Below, piece by piece: positions 57,065 through 64,000 of a stretch of 64,000 nucleotides of DNA. The first letter of the stretch is position 1. The number at the start of each line of letters is the position of its first letter. Made by a program: the position numbers and the translations under genes. Origin of the DNA: a virus; the IMG/VR virus record IMGVR_UViG_3300032047_000003, positions 32,001-96,000 of that record; one strand, 5' to 3'. Below the pieces are notes generated by a model that worked only from the letters and a program-made list of their open reading frames with translations, did no database searches and was not told where the DNA came from.

Positions 57065-58372
57065 TTAGAGAGGTGAAGCGGCAGGATTATGTGCAGCAAC
57101 TGTAGCGTCAGGACTAAAAGTACCATCCCACTCGTTAGCAGCAGCTTTAACATTCTTAAGTACACCAACACCTTGACCTTCGTGCGCAACAGCAAAGCCA
57201 TAACGTTCACGAATCTTAACTTTAACAACTTCAGTATTTTCATCTCTCCATTCTACGGTAGTAGGATCTTCATCAACAAGATGAAAGCCAACGTTCCCTG
57301 AAGAAAGAAGGAAGATGTCTCCGACCATTTCATCTGGATCAAATGGACACAGAGGTGAAACAAGAATTCTAAAGTTGAACGGGAAGTAAGATGGCAAATT
57401 GGGAGCAGAAGTAGCTTGCTGTGAGCGACCTGCTAAAGGTGTAGCAGCTGCACTAGCGGGATTGCCGCCAGGAACAATTGAACGACCGTTAGAAGGACCC
57501 ATAGCACCCATAGCGCCATTATTATATGGAAGCTGAGGACCTGGATTGCCAGTGTAAGGGTTAAAGTAAGACCCGCCACCATGCGCAAGCATCATATTTC
57601 TGAGAACAGGATCTTGAACCATAGCATAGTAGAACAATGGATGCATCAATAGGGTATCAGCAGCAAAGCCTTCTTCAGCCATGTGAGCCATACCTTTCAT
57701 CAAGTTATCCATTGTCAAAGAGCCATTTGCAGCCAGTGCATTGTTAGTTGCGTCAAAACCACGACCAGAAGTAGAACCGTAAAGAGACTCTGCTGGAGTG
57801 AGATTGTCAAAAAGAGTAGTACCAAGAGCTCTCAAGAAAGAGGCTGCTTTTTGTTCTTTGTGACGAGCAAGAGCATTCCCCATAAGCTTAAGGTTCATTG
57901 CCATGATATCGTAAGTAGAGTAACGAAGCGCTTCATCAGTAAATGAAGCAGCGATACCTGACTTTCCGATATAAGCAGTCGAAACCGCACCACCGATTTG
58001 AAAGTTAACTTCAGGGTAAGTACCATGCTCTTGTACATCTTGCGCATAAACTGCACCGATAGCACCAGCTAATACTTGAGTTGACATTCCTTCTGCTTGA
58101 ACTCTATTGAACAAAGAAGTAATAATCAATGAAGGTTCTACAGGCTCTCTAATAAGAATTTCCATAGACTTCTGAAGCAAAGGCGTGATCTCTGAAGATC
58201 TTACTAAGTCTTTTTGATTGGGAGCGATGACTTCTACAAATTCTGACCAAGAAACTTTCTCTTCAGAATCTGGAAGCTGTCCGTTGTTAGCGATCATGTC
58301 TGCAAGATAACGAGCACTTTGTCGCTCTCCTCCAGGAAGATCAATAGTTTTATTTCCAAATTTGATATTCAT
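57065..58372 (-). CDS. Major capsid protein (HK97 fold)
   Basis: DVQEHGTYPEV...KSGIAASFTDEALRYS...ALARHKEQK, DTLLMHP, VKIRERYGFAV; strong AAGGAG SD; followed by terminator. Confidence 0.9.
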   Translation of the reverse strand: MNIKFGNKTIDLPGGERQSARYLADMIANNGQLPDSEEKVSWSEFVEVIAPNQKDLVRSSEITPLLQKSMEILIREPVEPSLIITSLFNRVQAEGMSTQVLAGAIGAVYAQDVQEHGTYPEVNFQIGGAVSTAYIGKSGIAASFTDEALRYSTYDIMAMNLKLMGNALARHKEQKAASFLRALGTTLFDNLTPAESLYGSTSGRGFDATNNALAANGSLTMDNLMKGMAHMAEEGFAADTLLMHPLFYYAMVQDPVLRNMMLAHGGGSYFNPYTGNPGPQLPYNNGAMGAMGPSNGRSIVPGGNPASAAATPLAGRSQQATSAPNLPSYFPFNFRILVSPLCPFDPDEMVGDIFLLSSGNVGFHLVDEDPTTVEWRDENTEVVKVKIRERYGFAVAHEGQGVGVLKNVKAAANEWDGTFSPDATVAAHNPAASPL

Positions 58373-58392
58373 AATATAATCTCCTTTATATA

Positions 58393-59841
58393 TTAAAATC
58401 TTACGATAATTGTTGCTAACTCGTCCGCGACAACTTCGCCGGAAAGAGTAATCATGTCTGAGAAACCTTTAGTAGCAGTACCTGGCATTTTCGCAGAAGC
58501 AGAAAATGAAGAACCTTTAAATGCAGTTTCTACTCTATCTAATAAACCTCTAGGCTCACGAATAATTTCCATTACTCTACCTAAAGAATTAACATTTGAA
58601 GTATGAAGTTGGTGAGCATCCACATCCGTTTTCCCCATTAGACAGAAGTTTGATTGATTGTCATAAGACAACTTCATTCCTGGTCTTACGGGACCAGATA
58701 TATGTGCGTGTCTGTATTGTTGAGAAACTCCTTCTTTTGCAAAGAAACTCACATCCGTCATAGTAGTAGTTATAATTGTACCAGTAGTCCAATCTGCAGC
58801 AGAATCATACATAAGCACAATTCCAGCTTCAGCATCTATAAGAAAGTCTCCCGCTCTTTTAACTAAAGCGATTGAATTTTTTTCAGATGTCAAAAAGCCA
58901 CTTCCTTCTGCAAATGGAGTTCTATCAGTATTCGAAGATACACCAGCAGGATCCAACATCAATCCTTGAATATTTGAACCAATGTCTTCGTAACGCTTAA
59001 GAGCTACCAAATCCGCATTAGCCAACTCAGTACCAGTAGCCTGACCAAAAATGGGACCAGATGAATAAGCACTTGAAGCGCTAATAGCAGTAGCGCCACT
59101 AGAGCTACTTTCAGCAATAACAGGTAGTCTCAATTGAACTTCAGTCAAAAACTGAATCAAATGTTGCTTTTGATAGTTCGTGAACACAAGCTCGTCTGGA
59201 GTATCTCCAGCCCAAACGAATACATCATAAGCTGCAACACCAACTGGTTCAGAAAAGAAAGCATTGATTACAAGTAAGCAATCATCAAGCAAATCACTTG
59301 CAGTCTTACTACCTGTATGTTCAAGAGTAGCTGTACCGCCACTAAATGGAGCAGTACTTCCTAAATCTCTACTCACATTTACTAATCCTTGATCCAACAA
59401 CCCTTGGGCAATTTGATCAATAAATAGCGTGCCAGCAGCTGCAGCTTCTCCAGTAGCAATACTGTATACACCGTATGCAACGTCAGTTGAGTCATAAGTT
59501 ATAATGGAATGGGTACTAGCACCACCAGGTAAACCGCCAACACTAATGTCTGCACTAAAACTAGTAGTAGCTACATTACCGCCACTTTTTATTTGCTGGC
59601 AAGCAGCCTTAATACACATGTCAGCAACTCTCCCAGTTGCATCTAAACAAACAACCTTTCCAGAAGAAATAACGAATGCATCTTTTGAAGCTTCGCCAGT
59701 CCATTGTACGGGTAAATATCTTGCAGGTTTCCATTCTCCTGCGGGAACAGCAATGTGCGGTTGGACAACGTTATTAGGAGTGATGTTGTCCATCACGTCA
59801 TTGCGAGTTTTAAATGTTGAACTAAATCTTTTAATAGCCAT
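58393..59841 (-). CDS. Head decoration/cement-like structural protein
   Basis: 482 aa between scaffold and capsid; AAGGAG SD; VISSGKVVCLD and EPVGVAAYDVF motifs; function by synteny. Confidence 0.6.
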   Translation of the reverse strand: MAIKRFSSTFKTRNDVMDNITPNNVVQPHIAVPAGEWKPARYLPVQWTGEASKDAFVISSGKVVCLDATGRVADMCIKAACQQIKSGGNVATTSFSADISVGGLPGGASTHSIITYDSTDVAYGVYSIATGEAAAAGTLFIDQIAQGLLDQGLVNVSRDLGSTAPFSGGTATLEHTGSKTASDLLDDCLLVINAFFSEPVGVAAYDVFVWAGDTPDELVFTNYQKQHLIQFLTEVQLRLPVIAESSSSGATAISASSAYSSGPIFGQATGTELANADLVALKRYEDIGSNIQGLMLDPAGVSSNTDRTPFAEGSGFLTSEKNSIALVKRAGDFLIDAEAGIVLMYDSAADWTTGTIITTTMTDVSFFAKEGVSQQYRHAHISGPVRPGMKLSYDNQSNFCLMGKTDVDAHQLHTSNVNSLGRVMEIIREPRGLLDRVETAFKGSSFSASAKMPGTATKGFSDMITLSGEVVADELATIIVRF

Positions 59842-59866
59842 TTTTTTAATTCTCCTTAATAATTAA

Positions 59867-61663
59867 TTAAATATATTTTTTTGGGTCAAAGCCCTTTTTG
59901 AGATAACGAGATTTTACAAAGTAAAAATTGTTTGCTTTGAGCTCCCCATCTTCTTCTAGTATTTTTTTGTAATCTTTAATAAAATTCTTTTCATAACTTC
60001 CAAGTTCAGAATTCTTCTTTACATCTGTAATTGAAGATTCATCGGTAGAAGCAATTGAAGGATTTTCGACAGTATTGTCTTCAGTAATAATAACTTCTTC
60101 TTCTTTAGAATCCAAAGAAAGTTTTTCTTTTAAAGCCTTAATTTCTTTTTTTAATGAAGAAATTTCTTTATCAAAGTCCTGATTCACTTCTTTAGTTTCG
60201 CATTTCATTGAAGTAGACTTTCTGTCTACGCAATCAAGTACTTTCTTTTTCTGTTGATCTGAAAGCTTTGCTCTACCAATAAGTCTTTTTGCTGCAGTTA
60301 CGTGAGCGCAATCATTTACCGGAAACGAACGTTCGGGTCCACAAAAGACGGAATCAGGAAGCTCTTTTCTTTGCTCAGTAGTTAAAGCTTTATCTCCAAG
60401 CTCAAAAGTAAGAGCACAATCTAAAAGATACCAGTCTACTTCAATGTCTTCATTGATCAATTGATTGATATCTCCATCTGTGTCCCCAACTACTTTTTCT
60501 TCACTTGCTGTTTCATCCTGTACGCTAGCTTGTAGCCCCCGTACGCCGGCCCCATCGCCACTTTCTTTTTCTTGCTTTTCGTCAGCTTGCTCATCTTTCT
60601 GTTCGTTAACTTGCTCAAGGTCTTTGGATTCAACTTCTTTTTCTTCTTTTTTGATTTCGCTTTTTTCTTCATCTTCTCTCTCCTTTAGTTTAGAAAAAAT
60701 ATCAGAAAATTTTTCAGTAATAATCCGAGTTACTTTTTCTACTATTTTGTCTTCCAAAGATTCTTCTTGAGTTTGAGTTTCCGAATCAGAATTATCTTCA
60801 GCAGTCTTTTCGACTACTTTTTCTTCTTCTATTTTCATATCAGTCTCCTCTAAACTGTAAAATGAATCAGTAATTATAATACCAGAAGAATCAATTTTGA
60901 AATCAGATGAATCAAAATTTTCTAAACCGTCTTCGGATATTAACTCCATTGATTGTAATTGTGACAAATCGTCCGCAGGCATATTTACTACAGAGCCTTC
61001 CATAACATTAAAAGCTCCAGTAACAAAAACGCATACATCTCCGTCATAAATTTTTCCATGTCTATGTTCGCACATATCTCCTTTAGCCCAATCTGAACTG
61101 CAAATAGAACACACATGCCTATCTGTGCTCGATCCTGCAGAAAAAGTGATGTATCTTCCATCCAAAAACTTTTGAATAGCTTCTTTATCTGTGATCTGAG
61201 CTTTAACCCTCATCCTTCCCATTCCAGGCCAATCCTTGTTAGACAAGAGATTGTATTTTTTCATTGCCTGATAAATGTTTTCTGGAGAGTCAGAATCATA
61301 AGCAGCTTTAACTTCCATAAAGTCTTCTATTCTATTGAAAAACCCTATTGCTTCGTTTGACAAGTCTTCCCATTCTGCAGAAACAAATCTTCCAATAGGA
61401 TCTCTAGATTTATCATGATGCTGCAAAATAGGCTTAGGGTAAGGTTTTAAAACAGTATTTATTCCTGCTTGCTGTCCAGCTGTAGGGTAGATCCTATTAT
61501 TAATTCTTCTTCCAGAGTGAGACAAATCGTAAGTAATAAATAAACCCTTTTTAGTTTTTTTAGTTTTTGTAAACTCGTCTAAAAGGATTTCTTTTTCCGA
61601 GTCTGTCATAGAGACAAGTTTTTCATCTGGTTTTATAGATATAAAGTCATTTAATTTAAACAT
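59867..61663 (-). CDS. Prohead (capsid maturation) protease fused to acidic scaffold
   Basis: INNRIY, KPILQHHD..DPIGR, AIQKFLDGRYITFSAGS, CSIC...CEH, EGSVVNMPAD are HK97/assemblin-type protease motifs; E/K-rich C-terminal half. Start uncertain (61663, 61675 or 61684). Confidence 0.85.
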   Translation of the reverse strand: MFKLNDFISIKPDEKLVSMTDSEKEILLDEFTKTKKTKKGLFITYDLSHSGRRINNRIYPTAGQQAGINTVLKPYPKPILQHHDKSRDPIGRFVSAEWEDLSNEAIGFFNRIEDFMEVKAAYDSDSPENIYQAMKKYNLLSNKDWPGMGRMRVKAQITDKEAIQKFLDGRYITFSAGSSTDRHVCSICSSDWAKGDMCEHRHGKIYDGDVCVFVTGAFNVMEGSVVNMPADDLSQLQSMELISEDGLENFDSSDFKIDSSGIIITDSFYSLEETDMKIEEEKVVEKTAEDNSDSETQTQEESLEDKIVEKVTRIITEKFSDIFSKLKEREDEEKSEIKKEEKEVESKDLEQVNEQKDEQADEKQEKESGDGAGVRGLQASVQDETASEEKVVGDTDGDINQLINEDIEVDWYLLDCALTFELGDKALTTEQRKELPDSVFCGPERSFPVNDCAHVTAAKRLIGRAKLSDQQKKKVLDCVDRKSTSMKCETKEVNQDFDKEISSLKKEIKALKEKLSLDSKEEEVIITEDNTVENPSIASTDESSITDVKKNSELGSYEKNFIKDYKKILEEDGELKANNFYFVKSRYLKKGFDPKKYI

Positions 61664-63320
61664 GTATGATACCATCGTTTTCATTTAATATTTCTAATAC
61701 AATTTTATCCAAGACATTGGATTCTATACCATTGTTAATAATACAATTGTATTCATCTTTTTGCAATAATTCAAGCTTTTCCAAAAAAAGTATTTTATTT
61801 TTTTTAATAATATCATCTATATTATAATTAATATCTTTATTAGAATAATACATTATACTTTTTTCTTCAACTTTTTTTAAAGTTTCTTGTAAAAAGTCTT
61901 GACTTGCTTTCGGGCCGTCAAGCTTACCGTGTTGGTTTTCAGGTCTAGAAATAGACTCACTTAATTTTTGAGCTCCCTCAGCCGATGGAGCTTTAACTGG
62001 TGGAACCTTTAACTCCGCTAAAGGGAGAGTGTGTTTTTCATAATAAGTTCCTTCCTGTTGTATTTCTGGCCTAAGGCCCAATCTCATTCTTCCTTCGTTT
62101 AAGCTAATAAGATTATTGGTATAAAGCTGAATTGCTTGATTTTCTTGCTTTGATTTGATTTCGAAATCTACCACACCGAATCTTATTTCAACTCTATTTC
62201 CATCCTCTAGGGGGTCGAGGCCACCTTCTAGTAAAAGCTCATTAAAAACATTATATTCTATAAAGTTCTTTAAAGTTTTCTGCATCGCTTCAACGTCTTG
62301 AATCGCGGATTTAGACAAAGCGTTTGCAGTGCTTCTGTTGGCCGTATCTCCCTCTCCCATATCAACTCCAGAAACTCCAAGACCAGTAAAAATTCTTTTT
62401 TTGAAATACTCCAAATATTGTTGTATCGCTAAAGCTTTTCCTTGAGAGCCAATAGCAGTAATTTTATGCCTATGGTCCGAAACGTAAACACCTCCTGCGG
62501 GCATATATTCAACAGTATTTTTTACTATGTCGGTTTCTTTGTGACCTTCAGGAGAATACCTTTCTGGAAAAGCATCTGAACCCACTTGATAATGGAACAA
62601 GGGATACAAATTGCTTTCTATCAATGACTCAACATTTTCTTCCAACCGCCTAAGTAAGGCGATGTCGTCCAATACTGTTAACGTGTCAGGGGTTCCCATT
62701 GCAAAGCCAGGTTTTTTATTATCGTAAAAATGAATAACATCTCTAGGGTAAAAATCCTTCCACTCTCCGCTTGGAGTTTCTTGTCTTATCTTTTTTATAT
62801 CTCCATTCCGTTTAGTTTTAAAAGCTAAAGTTTCGAAAGGTAATATAAAGTAACCTGCAACTGGTTCTACTTCGATTTCAGTTCCAGGGATTTTGCGCAT
62901 CTTTCCAGAAGATGCAAAATTGTTTCTTGATTTAACCCACATGCAATTAGAAAACCTAAACAAATCGTGAGCAGTTTCGCCTATTAAAATATCCCAAGGC
63001 TTTCCAGAAGCATATTCTATTTCTTTTATTCTTCTTTTTATATATCTTACTGCTTCTGGATTCTCTCCAGTTATTTCCCAGCCAGAAACTATCAATCTGT
63101 TCGTTTTTCTTTTCAAAGCCCTATATAAAAAAGAATCTGTATCTTGAGCTATTTGTATTTCTGCTAAGTTGTATTCAGGCTTAAACCAAATCCCTCTATG
63201 TCTTTCTGTATAAGATAGAGTCTTATTAGTTATTTTTTTAAAACCTGGTTTCGAAAGAATGCTGTCTTTTAAAGGAGCACTTTTTTTTGATAAAACTTTT
63301 TCATAAAACTTGTAATTCAT
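61656..63320 (-). CDS. Portal protein
   Basis: 554 aa upstream of the protease; DLFRFSNCMW, DVIHFYDNKKPGFAMGTP, RIFTGLGVSGVDMGEGDTANRSTA, LISLNEGRMRLGL are typical portal motifs. Confidence 0.88.
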   Translation of the reverse strand: MNYKFYEKVLSKKSAPLKDSILSKPGFKKITNKTLSYTERHRGIWFKPEYNLAEIQIAQDTDSFLYRALKRKTNRLIVSGWEITGENPEAVRYIKRRIKEIEYASGKPWDILIGETAHDLFRFSNCMWVKSRNNFASSGKMRKIPGTEIEVEPVAGYFILPFETLAFKTKRNGDIKKIRQETPSGEWKDFYPRDVIHFYDNKKPGFAMGTPDTLTVLDDIALLRRLEENVESLIESNLYPLFHYQVGSDAFPERYSPEGHKETDIVKNTVEYMPAGGVYVSDHRHKITAIGSQGKALAIQQYLEYFKKRIFTGLGVSGVDMGEGDTANRSTANALSKSAIQDVEAMQKTLKNFIEYNVFNELLLEGGLDPLEDGNRVEIRFGVVDFEIKSKQENQAIQLYTNNLISLNEGRMRLGLRPEIQQEGTYYEKHTLPLAELKVPPVKAPSAEGAQKLSESISRPENQHGKLDGPKASQDFLQETLKKVEEKSIMYYSNKDINYNIDDIIKKNKILFLEKLELLQKDEYNCIINNGIESNVLDKIVLEILNENDGIIHV

Positions 63321-63337
63321 TTTTCAAAAAATTCCTT

Positions 63338-64000
63338 TTAGGTAAAATCGTTGTCGTATATATCTAAAAGCCAATTTAGATTTCCTTCTGCACTGTACTT
63401 ATAGTTTAGGTTTTGACTTCTTTCTTCTTGAGTGACTTCATTCACTATACCACATTTAATTGAATCAATATCATATATACCACTATCTATTCTAACTTGT
63501 CCATTTTCTAAAGCTTCAATATCAAAAATACTATTAGTGTTATAAAGATATTTTAGCAAAGCGTCAAAACCCTTGAAGTCTCCCTTTTCTAAAGATTCGC
63601 AAACACCCCCACTAAATGAAAACTTTGAATCAGCCATAGAAAGTAACAAATTTACCATATCGCTCAAAAACAAAATAAGACCTCCGAGCTTTACAGTAGT
63701 GCTAAAACCTTGGCTCATCATAGTGTCCAAGCTTTTAATTGACAAAAGCAATGAAGACAAAAGTCCTTTTATGTAGCTTTCCGCACTATTCAACACTGCA
63801 AGTAATCTTCCTATTATTTCAGTATTTGCAGCTCCAATAGTATTGCCCGCCGCCTGATAGGCTTTTGCAGCTCCCTTCATATTCCCGGCAGGTTTATTCA
63901 AACCAAACATTCTTTCCAAAGACTCCCCTTCTTGCCCATATTCAAAAGCAAATGAATTAAGTACGCCTTTCTTTTTGAAATTGCTACCCGAAGGATAATT
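63338..64000 (-). CDS. Hypothetical protein, partial (5' end beyond the window)
   Basis: The frame of the listed 193 aa ORF stays open from 63919 to the window edge, so the TTG start in the track is probably not the real start. Confidence 0.6.
   Translation of the reverse strand, partial: NYPSGSNFKKKGVLNSFAFEYGQEGESLERMFGLNKPAGNMKGAAKAYQAAGNTIGAANTEIIGRLLAVLNSAESYIKGLLSSLLLSIKSLDTMMSQGFSTTVKLGGLILFLSDMVNLLLSMADSKFSFSGGVCESLEKGDFKGFDALLKYLYNTNSIFDIEALENGQVRIDSGIYDIDSIKCGIVNEVTQEERSQNLNYKYSAEGNLNWLLDIYDNDFT

Noticed and set aside
57055-57243. Alternative-frame ORF at the capsid 3' end as a frameshift extension
   Set aside because: It ends only 10 nt beyond the capsid stop, so it adds no domain, and no slippery site was seen.
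2522-63776. The many short plus-strand ORFs in the track (e.g. 2837-3166, 22455-22904, 39519-39872, 59504-59866)
   Set aside because: They lie antisense to long minus-strand genes and have the Ser/Leu/Phe/Ile-rich composition of shadow frames; no independent coding evidence.
1-64000. Stop-codon reassignment, as seen in some large phages
   Set aside because: Standard-code ORFs tile the window, reach 12 kb, and TAA, TAG and TGA all end genes at tight junctions.
1-64000. Bacterial contractile injection system (eCIS/T6SS/tailocin) rather than phage
   Set aside because: Portal, prohead protease, capsid and neck genes are present in the same operon.
1-64000. tRNA, rRNA, CRISPR arrays, IS elements, DGR repeats, terminase
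   Set aside because: Intergenic gaps are under ~100 nt and no such repeats or motifs were seen; terminase presumably lies outside the window.

Overview
The whole 64 kb is one AT-rich, minus-strand virion morphogenesis module of a large contractile-tailed (myovirus-type, probably jumbo) bacteriophage, read in the standard genetic code. In transcription order (right to left): a partial hypothetical gene, portal, prohead protease/scaffold, head decoration-like protein, major capsid protein, terminator, a small unlisted ORF, Ig-like and neck/head-tail proteins, tail sheath, tail tube plus two tube paralogues, and two paralogous tail-assembly chaperones. Three giant genes (1412, ~2054 and 3991 aa) follow at the tape-measure/hub position, then baseplate genes (gp25-like, J-like), peripheral baseplate/fibre proteins, and a >1348 aa LamG-type fibre gene that runs off the left edge and is missing from the ORF track. 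The main finding is the ~2054 aa protein at 35894-42058. It carries, in the expected order, beta-like (K-x6-KG) and beta'-like (LRGK, RHP, GDFDGD) motifs of two-barrel RNA polymerases, between hydrophobic tape-measure-like ends. It is therefore a candidate single-chain, virion-packaged RNA polymerase encoded in the tail module. It shares a C-terminal motif with the adjacent tape-measure-like protein and sits next to a giant hub protein with an M23 peptidase. All product calls come from motif recognition and synteny by eye; no database search was run.
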